A DNA stretch of 64,000 bases from Candidatus Marinacidobacterales bacterium (GTDB lineage Bacteria; Acidobacteriota; Vicinamibacteria; Marinacidobacterales; DATDRI01): the NCBI GenBank assembly GCA_965219415.1, contig CBDCNP010000002.1, forward strand, positions 1,568,001-1,632,000, written 5' to 3'. The notes beneath the pieces were generated by a model. That model ran no database searches, was not told the origin of the DNA, and worked only from the letters and a program-made list of their open reading frames with translations. This document shows, piece after piece, positions 8,552 through 19,853 of this stretch. A program made the position numbers and the translations under genes. Numbering within the stretch: the stretch's first letter is position 1; each line of letters starts with the position of its first letter.

Positions 8552-9526
8552 CTACTCGACGATATGGCTCGTCAGCGTGCCGAGTCCCTCGACCACGCCC
8601 TCGACGACGTCTCCCGGCTGGAGCCAGCGTGGGGTTTTCATTCCGGCTGCTACCCCCGGCGGGCTCCCGCTGGTGATCACGTCTCCGGGCTCGAGTGTCG
8701 TGTTCGACCACCAAGAGACCATCTCCGCAAACTTGTACTGCATTTGAGACGTGTTCGAATCCTGACGCACCTCGCCGTTCACGAGTAACTTCATGCTGAG
8801 GTTCACGGGATCCTCGATCTCGTCCTGGGTCACTAGATGCGGACCCAGCGGGCACGATCCGTTGAAACTCTTTCCCAGATAGACCACGCGGTTGGAATGC
8901 TCGCGCGCCTGGATATCGCGGGCCGACAGATCGTTGAAAACGGTGAAGCCGGCGACGTAGTCGAGGGCGTCTTCGACACTCACCCGGAACGCTTCCTTAC
9001 CGATGATGGTCGCCACTTCGACTTCATAGTCGAGCTGCTTCGTGAAGTGTGGGACTGGCACTTTGGCTCCCGAGGCGGAGACCGAGGAGGGAGCCTGCAG
9101 GAAACCCGTGGGGTGCTCGAAACTGAAGGTCTTCCAGTCGTGAGATTTCCACTCCGGTTCACTCCAGGTCGTCAGCTCTTTGAGGTGCGCAGGGAAATTG
9201 CACGCGGTATGGATGATCTTGCCGGGGCGCGGAACCGGGGCCATGAGCTCAATCTCGTCGGGACGGTAGGCGTAGCGCTTACCGTTCGAGGCCTTGAGTG
9301 AATCCAGATCGCCCGTCTCGAGCGCTGCTTTCTTGAGCTCTGCCGGAAGTCCTTCCAGCGCCGAACGGGCCTTGCGCATCGCGGCATCTCCCGCCCAGAG
9401 AAAATCCAACATCGACGAGGGAAGCTCGCCGTCGGTCAGCGCGGGCAGATCGATATAGAGGTCTTCTAGAAAGGCACCGGTGGTCGGTGCATCGCCACCC
9501 TTTTTCTTGAACGTCGCTAGCTTCAT
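8552..9526 (-). CDS. Fumarylacetoacetate hydrolase family protein
   Basis: LDYEVEV, NDLSARDIQ, GKSF, PLGP, TLEPGDVITSGSP. Confidence 0.93.
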   Translation of the reverse strand: MKLATFKKKGGDAPTTGAFLEDLYIDLPALTDGELPSSMLDFLWAGDAAMRKARSALEGLPAELKKAALETGDLDSLKASNGKRYAYRPDEIELMAPVPRPGKIIHTACNFPAHLKELTTWSEPEWKSHDWKTFSFEHPTGFLQAPSSVSASGAKVPVPHFTKQLDYEVEVATIIGKEAFRVSVEDALDYVAGFTVFNDLSARDIQAREHSNRVVYLGKSFNGSCPLGPHLVTQDEIEDPVNLSMKLLVNGEVRQDSNTSQMQYKFAEMVSWWSNTTLEPGDVITSGSPPGVAAGMKTPRWLQPGDVVEGVVEGLGTLTSHIVE

Positions 9527-9570
9527 TTGATCTCCACTCTCCCTACTCCCCCACTATGCCTTACTGGACT

Positions 9571-10647
9571 CTATTGGGCTGGCGGTTTGAGCTTGGGAAC
9601 TACTTGCTCGCCCAAGAGCCGGATGGTCTCCAGGTTGTCCTCTTGGCTCGCACCCACCACTTCCATGAGTGGCAGATTGAGTCCCGAATCGACAAGCTGC
9701 TGCAGGAGCTCCAGACAGTCGTCGGGAGTCCCGGCGATCACGGTGAATTTGCGCATCACGTCGTCGCTCACCAACTGGGTCACGTTGTCCTCGGTGCCTG
9801 CTTCGATGGCGGCTCGGAACGGCGTCCAGGTTTCATCCGGCAGCCCGGAGCTGCTCAGAATGACATCATTCTGGATGTTCCGAAGCTTGTTGATGACGTA
9901 GGTACCGGTGTAGCTACGCGCTGCGTCACGTGCCTTGGCGCCATCCCGCGAGCAAGCCGCCAGGATCACGCCACCTACCGGATAATCCGGCACCGGCTTG
10001 CGGCCCGCCTTCTCGAAACCCTTGTGCAGATTGTCCTTGGCATAACGGACGAAACCCGGGTTGGTCAAACCGGGCAAGAGCAAGCCGTCCGCTATTTTGC
10101 CGGCTAACTGCTGCATGTACGGCCCGGTCGCTCCGATGTAAACCGGTATGTAGGTCCTTAGCCCCCGGCCGGCCCGATCCATGGCGGGAACATCGGCCTG
10201 GTACAGATCCCCTTTGTAAGTGAACTTCTCGCCCGTCACGATGCCGCGGAAGATTTCGATCGACTCTCGGTGGACCTTGACCGGCGACTGCTTCTTGAGG
10301 TCGACCTCCAAATAGACGATTCCGACTTTGCCCGCACCCAAGCCCATGATGAAACGCCCACCCGAAAGCTCGTCCAAAGCCACCGCCTCGGACGCCTGCG
10401 CAGTCGGATGCCGCACGTACGGCGAGGTAATACCAAGGCCGATTGGAATCTTCTTGGTCGCGGTTATCGCCGCGGCCAGAGTAGCCATACACCCGCGCGA
10501 CTCGTGACCGTACTTGCGAAACCAGTGGTAGGCCTCCGCGATCCAAAAACCCCCGCTCAGGTTGGACTCCTCGGTTTGCCGGGCATACGCCTGGACGGCC
10601 GACATCGGCTCGTACGACTTGAAAATGACTCCTACCTTCGCGCTCAT
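9571..10647 (-). CDS. LLM-class flavin/F420-dependent oxidoreductase
   Basis: WIAEAY, ITSPYVRHP, LDELSGGRFIMGLGAG, PVYIGATGP, LAGKIADG. Confidence 0.9.
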   Translation of the reverse strand: MSAKVGVIFKSYEPMSAVQAYARQTEESNLSGGFWIAEAYHWFRKYGHESRGCMATLAAAITATKKIPIGLGITSPYVRHPTAQASEAVALDELSGGRFIMGLGAGKVGIVYLEVDLKKQSPVKVHRESIEIFRGIVTGEKFTYKGDLYQADVPAMDRAGRGLRTYIPVYIGATGPYMQQLAGKIADGLLLPGLTNPGFVRYAKDNLHKGFEKAGRKPVPDYPVGGVILAACSRDGAKARDAARSYTGTYVINKLRNIQNDVILSSSGLPDETWTPFRAAIEAGTEDNVTQLVSDDVMRKFTVIAGTPDDCLELLQQLVDSGLNLPLMEVVGASQEDNLETIRLLGEQVVPKLKPPAQ

Positions 10648-10746
10648 TTTTTCTCCTGTTGATACCACCCTCACCCGCCGTCTGACCACCCTGTTCGTGG
10701 CGCGGCGTATTTTGACGGCCTAACTGTCTCTAAGGGAGAGGGCACC

Positions 10747-11943
10747 TTATGACAGCTCTTGAACGACCTTTCGAAACTCGTCGTCCGTAATCAGCCGGCC
10801 CTTTTGCGTTCCTTGGCTCTTCACCTCCGCCAGAATCGGGGCGATTTTGTGCTCAGGGACATCGAGCCCCAGCTCCTTCGCCTTTAGTTGAACGCTGGCC
10901 ACACCGCTCTTCTTGCCTAACACGATTCTCCGATCCGCGGACACAAGGTCGGACGCGTAGGGCTCGATGGCTTCCGGTATATGGAACTGGCTGGCCACCG
11001 CCCCGCTTTCACGAACGAAGAGATTCTCGCCGACCACCGGCTTCCAAGCATCGACACGGTAACCTCCGGCCTTCTGCACCACCCGTGAGACTTCTCGGGC
11101 TTTCGTGAGGTCGAGCTCGACGGGAACGTTGTAAAGGCATTGAAGTGCCAAGGCGACTTCCACGATGTCGGCATTGCCGGCGCGCTCGCCCATTCCGTTG
11201 ATGGTGCCTTGAATCCAGCGAGCGCCGCCCCTCACCGCGGCAACCGCGGATGCCGTCGCCAGACCGAAGTCGTCGTGCCCGTGAAAGTGGATCGGGATGT
11301 CCGGCCCCACCCAACTCTTCACTTCGCGTACCAATCGTTCCACCGCTTCCGGCGAGCAAGCCCCGATGGTGTCGACGATGGCGACTTCTTCCGCCCCGGT
11401 CTCGATGGCGGCCGCGTACAGGTCGCGCAAGAAAGCGAGATCACTCCGTGTGCTGTCTACCGGAAAAAACGTGACCTTCATACCGTGGTCGCGGGCGTGC
11501 TTGATGGCGGTCGTCGCGCGTTGGATGACCTTTTCGCGCGTGAAACCGTAGGCCTCCATCTTGATGTCGCTGGTTGAGATCTCGATGACCGTCCCCTTCA
11601 GCCCGAGCTCGACGAGAGCATCCAGATCCTGGATCACCGCTCGCGAGAATCCATAGGGCTCCGATTCCAATCCCGCTTCCACGATGCGCTTCACCGCCTC
11701 GGCGTCCGCTTCTGAAACCCTCGGAAACCCCGCTTCGATACGGCCCACCTTGAGGTCCGAGAGCTTGCGGGCGATCTCGACCTTTTCATCCGGCGTGAAG
11801 ACCACGCCCACCGTCTGCTCCCCGTCCCGCAACGTGGTGTCGTAAAAGCGGACGGGGGTCGAGCGGTCGAACGGCGACTGAATCTTCTCGTCCTTATTTA
11901 GATCGCTTATCCAGATTTGTTCCGACGATACTCCGCTGCTCAT
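10747..11943 (-). CDS. DRE-TIM acyl-CoA condensing enzyme (homocitrate/isopropylmalate synthase-like) without a regulatory domain
   Basis: DTTLRDGEQ, IEAGFP, HFHGHDDFGLA, GTINGMGERAGN, LGKKSG. Confidence 0.9.
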   Translation of the reverse strand: MSSGVSSEQIWISDLNKDEKIQSPFDRSTPVRFYDTTLRDGEQTVGVVFTPDEKVEIARKLSDLKVGRIEAGFPRVSEADAEAVKRIVEAGLESEPYGFSRAVIQDLDALVELGLKGTVIEISTSDIKMEAYGFTREKVIQRATTAIKHARDHGMKVTFFPVDSTRSDLAFLRDLYAAAIETGAEEVAIVDTIGACSPEAVERLVREVKSWVGPDIPIHFHGHDDFGLATASAVAAVRGGARWIQGTINGMGERAGNADIVEVALALQCLYNVPVELDLTKAREVSRVVQKAGGYRVDAWKPVVGENLFVRESGAVASQFHIPEAIEPYASDLVSADRRIVLGKKSGVASVQLKAKELGLDVPEHKIAPILAEVKSQGTQKGRLITDDEFRKVVQELS

Positions 11944-12069
11944 TTTTGGCTGCCTCTCAGAAATTGTTGATGGGTGGGCGGTTAGCCCCTGGAAGTGCGA
12001 AAACGCCGTCCTCAACCCAAGCCATTATAATAATAAATGACGGTGCGATGCCCGGTCGCCGGTCGGCTG

Positions 12070-12879
12070 TCAGGCAAGGGCGATCGGCCGCACCAGCGAC
12101 GCCTCGCCACCCTTTAACTTCAGCGGAAGCACGATCACCGTTGACTCGAAACGGGCGTCCTTCGACATCTCCTCAAGCTTCAGGCTCTTCATGACATAAA
12201 TGCCGTTCTCGACCATGAGAATGCGGTGCGCGGCAAAGGGCGCGGGCACCCCAATCGAAAGATTGTCCGTACCGACCAATCTCGGTTTTTTGTCGGCCAC
12301 CCATTGTGCCGCGGCGTCGTTCAGGCCCGCCCATTTGTACAAATACTTCTCCCCGTCGGTCTCGAAGAAACGCGAATACCCCGTCCGGATCAAAACGCAG
12401 TCGCCCTCTTGGATCGGCACGTTCGCCGCTTTGGCGGCGCCCTCCAAGTCCTCGGGAGTAATGGCGTATCGTTCGGGCAGAATGTCCACTTCCTTGTAAG
12501 CGGGTACATCCAGCAGTACCGCCTTGAGAATGAGAGGGGGTACTTTTTCCATGCTGTGAAGAGGCTCGGGGAGATCGACGAAACCCGTGTCGCGCTGGTA
12601 GGGCGTGGGATCGATGCCGAGGACCTTCAGATCCTGGGACATGTGCACCGGTACGTCGAAGTGCGTCCCGGAGTGCATGGAAGTAATGACCAGGCTGATC
12701 GCGTCGGCGAACCCCGGCTCGATCTCTTCGAAAAGCTTGGCGACGTACTCATGGTACCGGTAGAGGTAGAACTGGAACGGCGGATCGAAGGGATGGACCG
12801 GCATCCCGGTCCAGTACGGCTGACCGAGGTCGTAGACCTTCGCGTTTCTTATGAGCTCATGGAGTGCTTGCTGTGCCAT
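12070..12879 (-). CDS. Cyclase / kynurenine formamidase-like metal hydrolase
   Basis: HSGTHFDVPVH matches HxGTHxDxPxH; GDCVLIRTG, GTDNLS, PLKLKGGEASLVR. Confidence 0.9.
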   Translation of the reverse strand: MAQQALHELIRNAKVYDLGQPYWTGMPVHPFDPPFQFYLYRYHEYVAKLFEEIEPGFADAISLVITSMHSGTHFDVPVHMSQDLKVLGIDPTPYQRDTGFVDLPEPLHSMEKVPPLILKAVLLDVPAYKEVDILPERYAITPEDLEGAAKAANVPIQEGDCVLIRTGYSRFFETDGEKYLYKWAGLNDAAAQWVADKKPRLVGTDNLSIGVPAPFAAHRILMVENGIYVMKSLKLEEMSKDARFESTVIVLPLKLKGGEASLVRPIALA

Positions 12880-12944
12880 CGATCCCCCCCGTCGCCTGCC
12901 CATTCACGACCGGGGGCAATACTAGCTAATCCACGCGGTCCGAT

Positions 12945-13337
12945 TCAACCTCGCCGCCTCACCAACGATTCTCGGATCCATGGCAACAAGTGCTCGAAGT
13001 CACAACTCCCCTGCTCGAGCAGCCCAATGAGACACCTGTGGGCCTCATCTGGATCGACTTGAAATTTCCAGCCATTCAGTCTGAGAAACACGTCCGTCGC
13101 AAAGAAGGCGACCCGCTTGTTCCCGTCAACGAAGGGTGGATTCATGAGCAGTGATTCGAAAAGAGCCGTGGCCATCTCGGCGATGTCACCGTAGTAGCCG
13201 GTCTGCGGCCTGAACAGGGCGCTTTCTAGGAGGCCTAGGTCGCGGACTCCAACCGGTCCACCGAACTCTTGAATGAGCCGGCCGTGAATCGCCAGAGCTT
13301 CATCGACACTAAGGAAAACAACCGACTTAGTCGGCAA
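12945..13337 (-). CDS. doc: Doc (death-on-curing) family toxin; catalytic His reads as Pro
   Basis: GVRDLGLLESALFRP, NPPFVDGNKR versus canonical HPFxDGNKR. Confidence 0.85.
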   Translation of the reverse strand: MPTKSVVFLSVDEALAIHGRLIQEFGGPVGVRDLGLLESALFRPQTGYYGDIAEMATALFESLLMNPPFVDGNKRVAFFATDVFLRLNGWKFQVDPDEAHRCLIGLLEQGSCDFEHLLPWIRESLVRRRG

Positions 13338-13539
13338 GGAGGCGGCCCAGCTTCTCGTTCTCCGCTATGGAAGCGTCGAGGTGCCGGAGGACGTCGGGCC
13401 GGACCCTTCGGCGACGAATGTACTCCCGGATCGCCTCGGTGAGCAGGCCCGAGATGCTCTGGTGAGAATCCGAGGCTAACTGTTTCAGGTCGTTCCAGAC
13501 CGATTCGTCTACTTTGGAGCTAACTTTAATGGGTCCCAT
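13327..13539 (-). CDS. Ribbon-helix-helix (CopG-like) antitoxin
   Basis: 70 aa, KVSSKVDESVWNDLKQLA...SISGLLTEAIREY; overlaps the start of doc. Confidence 0.75.
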   Translation of the reverse strand: MGPIKVSSKVDESVWNDLKQLASDSHQSISGLLTEAIREYIRRRRVRPDVLRHLDASIAENEKLGRLLAD

Positions 13540-13610
13540 GGACTTGACATGTCAGGATATGTCAAGTCCGCCCAAGTGTCAAACTCCAGGACCGCCTGAC
13601 AGCCTGACAG
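13540..13610. promoter_or_regulatory. Probable toxin-antitoxin autoregulatory operator
   Basis: GGACTTGACAT (13540-13550) / ATGTCAAGTCC (13559-13569) inverted repeat, internal TGACATGTCA palindrome, and tandem CCTGACAG copies. Confidence 0.6.
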
Positions 13611-13619
13611 GAAGACGAG

Positions 13620-15533
<1,914 letters not shown>

Positions 15534-15560
15534 CGAACACCTCCCGAGATAGGAATTAAA

Positions 15561-16832
15561 TTAGCTTGCAACGCCGCAGAGGGACATCGCGGCTTGGATA
15601 TAGACCTTGACGATGTCGTGGAGATCGCCGATGTGGACATGCTCCCCCTGGTGGGTCGAAAATCCACCGCCGCCGGTTCGGATCCGCCCTGCGGAGCCGT
15701 AGTTCACGGTCGGGATCCCGTAGCGGTTCATGTGCGCGGCATCGCTATACCAGTTCTCGATTCCGAGCTCCGGCGCCTTGCCGAGCTGATCGGTGTGCGC
15801 CTGAACCACCGTTTGGATCAGTTCGTGGTCATCCGGGATGGAAGTTCCGGGAGCCGATACGTAGAGGTCGACAATCGTACCCTCGAGCTTCGAGTGCTTT
15901 TTCACCAAGGCTTGAATGACCTCTCTGACCTCGCGATAAACCTCCACCGGCCAAACGCCAGGCACCGTACGCACGTCCATGTAGATCGAGCAGGAGTCCG
16001 GTGAACGCGCTCCCCGCCAAGGCCAGCCTCCTTCAATCGCCGCGATATTGACCTTGGGTCGGAAATCACCGATCGCATGTTTCGAGCGATACTTGTCGAT
16101 CCATTCGTTGAGCGCGTTCAGCACGAGTCCGGCATGGAGGATGGCATTCTTCTCGAGCTCGCTCCACGCGGTGTGGATCAGGACGCCCGGGATCTTGATC
16201 TTGAGCCAGGTCGTCCCACAATGACGCGGAATGACCTTCATGTTCGTCGGCTCTCCCAGGATGCAATAGTCGGCGGCCGCCCCATGAGTGATGGCGAATT
16301 TCGTGCCCACTCCATAACCCTGGTACTTCGGGTCGTCGTACTCGCCGGTGGGAGCTTTCTCGATCTCCCCGGCCACGCCCGCGATCACGATGTCGCCGGC
16401 GAGGCGGATGCCCGCCGCCTGGATCGCCTGGGATGCCACGGTGTAAGCGGCGAGAGCGCCCTTCATGTTGAACGAGCCCATGCCGTAAATCCACTCGTCG
16501 TCGACGATTGTGGCCTCGGTCTTGTAGCCGATGCCGCGATCGGCCAGCTCCGCACCGAACGACGTGTCGAGATGACCGTTGAACAGCAACGACTTCCCGC
16601 CGCCGGCTCCCTCCAGGATCCCGATGGCGTTGTAGCGGCCGTCCCCGATCGGCTGGAGCGTCGGGCGAAACCCCGCGCCCCCCAGTACCTCGTGAAACGT
16701 GCGGGCTACTTCGGCTTCGTGTCCGGTCGGGCTCGGGACGTTGGTGAGCTCGACCACCAAGTCGACCAGTTGGGACCGATCGATCTTGTTCACCGCCTTG
16801 GCGACGAGCTTGCTGTCAACTTTATTCGGCAT
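15561..16832 (-). CDS. M20 family amidohydrolase (ArgE/DapE-like)
   Basis: SPTGHE, LLFNGHLDT, YGMGSFNMKG, ILGEPT, EHVH. Confidence 0.88.
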   Translation of the reverse strand: MPNKVDSKLVAKAVNKIDRSQLVDLVVELTNVPSPTGHEAEVARTFHEVLGGAGFRPTLQPIGDGRYNAIGILEGAGGGKSLLFNGHLDTSFGAELADRGIGYKTEATIVDDEWIYGMGSFNMKGALAAYTVASQAIQAAGIRLAGDIVIAGVAGEIEKAPTGEYDDPKYQGYGVGTKFAITHGAAADYCILGEPTNMKVIPRHCGTTWLKIKIPGVLIHTAWSELEKNAILHAGLVLNALNEWIDKYRSKHAIGDFRPKVNIAAIEGGWPWRGARSPDSCSIYMDVRTVPGVWPVEVYREVREVIQALVKKHSKLEGTIVDLYVSAPGTSIPDDHELIQTVVQAHTDQLGKAPELGIENWYSDAAHMNRYGIPTVNYGSAGRIRTGGGGFSTHQGEHVHIGDLHDIVKVYIQAAMSLCGVAS

Positions 16833-16950
16833 GCCTGCTCCCTTTGAAGCCCTACAACTTAGAGGTTTTAGCGACCTTTCTCAAGTCGCCCGACTTGCAG
16901 TGTCGTGATTCCGGCCTTAGAATCGGCGCGCCTTCGAAAAGGAGACCCTC

Positions 16951-18225
16951 ATGCTGCGTAAAACCCTTCATTTAAGCTTCATCCTCGCCATTGTCGCGTG
17001 TGGAAGTAGTTCCCAAGAATCCACCACCACGGATGACGTCCAAAAACTAACCGAGGAGGTAATCGTCGCCACGGCCAAGGCGATTCACGAGCGCGTCGTG
17101 ACCATCGATACCCACGACGACATCCCCGAGAACTTCGCGACCGCCGAAGTCGACCCCGGAGTCCGTGGGGAACGACAGGTGGACCTCCCCAAAATGAAGG
17201 AAGGCGGGCTCGACGCGGGCTTTTTCATCGTCTACGTCGGCCAGACCGAGAGGACTCCCGAGAACTACAACAAGGCGAAGGCCGATGCCTTGTTGAAGTT
17301 CGACGCCATCCACCGCATGACGGAAGAGATGTATCCGGACTTGATCGAGCTCGCCTATACCGCGGACGATGTCGAGCAAATCCACGCCGACGGCAAGCTC
17401 GTCGCCTGCATCGGCATCGAGAACGGCTACGTCATCGGTAAGGACTTGAGCTTGCTCGAGAAGTACCATGCGCTCGGAGCACGCTACATCACCCTCGCAC
17501 ACGGCGGGCACAACGACATCGCCGACTCCTCGACGCCTCGGGAACGGCTCGGCGACGCCGAAGAGGAGCATGGCGGCATCAGCAAGTTCGGCGAACAAGT
17601 CATCGCGGAAATGAATCGAATCGGCATCATGGTCGATGTCTCGCACATTTCTAAGCAGGCGATGGCCGAAGCGGCCCGGCTCAGTCGGGCACCGGTCATC
17701 GGCTCGCACTCCAGCACGAAAGCCTTGTCCGATGTGGCTCGCAACATGGACGACGAGCAGTTGCTCGCGCTCAAGGAGAACGGCGGCGTGATCCAAATGG
17801 TCGCACTCGATAGTTTCATCAAGAAACAGCCCGAGAAAGCCGCGGCGCGGCGGGCGCTGTTCGACCAATTGGGGAGCGTCCGTGCGAGCAACCTCACGGA
17901 CGGACAGAGAGAAGAGATCCGCAAGAAGATGGCCGAGCTCGACGAGAAATGGCCCAAGGCTACCGTCTCCGACTTCGTAGACCACATTGATCACGCCGTC
18001 GAGCTCATCGGCATCGATCACGTCGGCATCAGTTCCGATTTTGACGGGGGAGGCGGCATCAACGGCTGGAACGATGCCAGCGAGACCTTGAACGTCACCA
18101 TCGAGCTCGTCCGGCGCGGCTACAGCGAGGAAGAGATCGAAAAACTCTGGGGCGGCAACCTGTTGCGCGTTTGGCGAGAAGTCGAGGGCGTTGCTCGCGA
18201 GATGAAGATGGAGATAACGTCCTAA
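16951..18225 (+). CDS. Membrane dipeptidase (M19), lipoprotein
   Basis: IVAC lipobox, DTHDD, GIENG, DVSH, SHS, SDFDGG, GGNLLRV. Confidence 0.93.
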   Translation: MLRKTLHLSFILAIVACGSSSQESTTTDDVQKLTEEVIVATAKAIHERVVTIDTHDDIPENFATAEVDPGVRGERQVDLPKMKEGGLDAGFFIVYVGQTERTPENYNKAKADALLKFDAIHRMTEEMYPDLIELAYTADDVEQIHADGKLVACIGIENGYVIGKDLSLLEKYHALGARYITLAHGGHNDIADSSTPRERLGDAEEEHGGISKFGEQVIAEMNRIGIMVDVSHISKQAMAEAARLSRAPVIGSHSSTKALSDVARNMDDEQLLALKENGGVIQMVALDSFIKKQPEKAAARRALFDQLGSVRASNLTDGQREEIRKKMAELDEKWPKATVSDFVDHIDHAVELIGIDHVGISSDFDGGGGINGWNDASETLNVTIELVRRGYSEEEIEKLWGGNLLRVWREVEGVAREMKMEITS

Positions 18226-18309
18226 CCCGGCGTCTGGCGCGGCTGAAAGCAGCAACCACGTCGACTGACGCCCAGCACGAGACCCGCGTTACCTTTGGCT
18301 ACAAGCCCC

Positions 18310-18759
18310 ATGTTCGAGGCGCTTCCGAAAGCCGCTGACGAACGCGAGCGCAACAAGAAGCTTCTTATCCTCGCGGCCACGTTCGGCCTTGCCTTGGCCG
18401 CGGCTGGATTGGTCATCGCCCTGGTCTTGGGCGTTTCCGGCTACCACGTCCGCCGTATCACACTCCACGAAGCTCGACTGCAGGGGGTCCAAGATCAGGA
18501 GCCGACCCTCTACCAGGTGGTGGAAGGTCTCAAAGAGAAGGCCCCTCTGATCGCCTCGCCCGAAGCCGAAGAGGAGCTCGCCGAATGGGTCTCCAAGTGG
18601 GGAGACCAAAAACTGGACGAGATTCTTACCAACGGCCGGACGTGGCCGATCGTCCGAATTTTCGAAGCGGGGGACATGATCTACTTCATCTACTTCGATG
18701 AGGAAAAGATCATGAGAAGTTTCGTCTACGTCGACAACCCCGACCACGCGGTGCGATGA
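18310..18759 (+). CDS. Hypothetical single-pass membrane protein
   Basis: One N-terminal hydrophobic helix; ends IYFIYFDEEKIMRSFVYV; fills the intergenic gap. Confidence 0.65.
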   Translation: MFEALPKAADERERNKKLLILAATFGLALAAAGLVIALVLGVSGYHVRRITLHEARLQGVQDQEPTLYQVVEGLKEKAPLIASPEAEEELAEWVSKWGDQKLDEILTNGRTWPIVRIFEAGDMIYFIYFDEEKIMRSFVYVDNPDHAVR

Positions 18760-18776
18760 CGCGACATCGATCTACG

Positions 18777-19838
18777 CTATAGCGGCACCTTGGTCACGAT
18801 GTTGTCCACGTTTTGAACGAAGGCCTCGACGTCCGGTTGGGGGAACTCCATCGTCTCCGGAAAATGCCCCGCGAAGAGCGGAAAGTACGCCTTCGGCGGA
18901 ACGGGATTCATCAGTGTCATCTTGACGCCCGCCTTGTGGAAATCGTTCATCCGGTCGGCGACGTGTTGTGCGGTTCCACAAAATGTCATCGCATCGACCA
19001 TTTCATCGCTAACGTGGCTCGCCGCCTCATCCATGCTCCCGTTGGCGATGCCCGCAAGCATTCCCTCCAGATTTTTTCCGAAGCCCGCTGACTGGACCAT
19101 CTTTGCGTAAGTCGGCGACGAGCCGCCAGCCGTGGCGAACATCACGACGTGCGGCTTGATCCATTCCACCGCCTTCGGGTCGTCCGATACCAAAGCCGGG
19201 TGTCCAAGAACGATGTCGATGTCGTCGAGCGTCCTCCCGGCCTTCTTGGCGCCGATCTCGAGGTTCTTCAGGAAGGTGTCGCGAAAGTAGTCGATGGGCT
19301 GAAAGTAGCCAATTACCCCGTCCGCGATCTCGCCGGCGAGCTGTGTCATCTTAGGCCCAATCGCGGCCAGGTAAATGGGTACTTTGGGTGGCGGCCCCAT
19401 CAACGCGAGTTGAAAATGCTGAAGGCTCAGCGTCTTTCCTTCGAAGGTCACAACTTCACCGGAGAGAATTTTCTTGATGACGGTGATGAGCTCGCGGGCA
19501 CGAGTGAGCGGTTTGTCATAGGACAGACCGTGCCAGCCTTCGACGTACGAACGCGCCTGTGTTCCGAGCCCCAGGATCAGCCGGTTGCCCGATAGCTCGG
19601 CGAGCGCGCTGGCCGACAACGCCATGACCACCGGGCTCCGCCCCCAAATACCGGCGATGCAGGAACCGATGTGGATACGCTTGGTCTTCAACGCAAAGGC
19701 GGTGGAAGGAACAAAAGTATCAGAGAAAATGATCTCCGGCTTCCAAACCGTGTCGAAGCCATGCTCATCGGCTTTCTGCGCGAAATCGGTGAGCATAGGC
19801 AGTGGCAGGCTCTCTAGAATGACCGACGATCGTCCCAT
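18777..19838 (-). CDS. LLM-class (probably F420-dependent) oxidoreductase
   Basis: GFDTVWKPE, LAELSGNRLILGLG, PIYLAAIGPKMTQLAGEIADG. Confidence 0.9.
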   Translation of the reverse strand: MGRSSVILESLPLPMLTDFAQKADEHGFDTVWKPEIIFSDTFVPSTAFALKTKRIHIGSCIAGIWGRSPVVMALSASALAELSGNRLILGLGTQARSYVEGWHGLSYDKPLTRARELITVIKKILSGEVVTFEGKTLSLQHFQLALMGPPPKVPIYLAAIGPKMTQLAGEIADGVIGYFQPIDYFRDTFLKNLEIGAKKAGRTLDDIDIVLGHPALVSDDPKAVEWIKPHVVMFATAGGSSPTYAKMVQSAGFGKNLEGMLAGIANGSMDEAASHVSDEMVDAMTFCGTAQHVADRMNDFHKAGVKMTLMNPVPPKAYFPLFAGHFPETMEFPQPDVEAFVQNVDNIVTKVPL

Positions 19839-19853
19839 TGTTCCTACTCCTTC

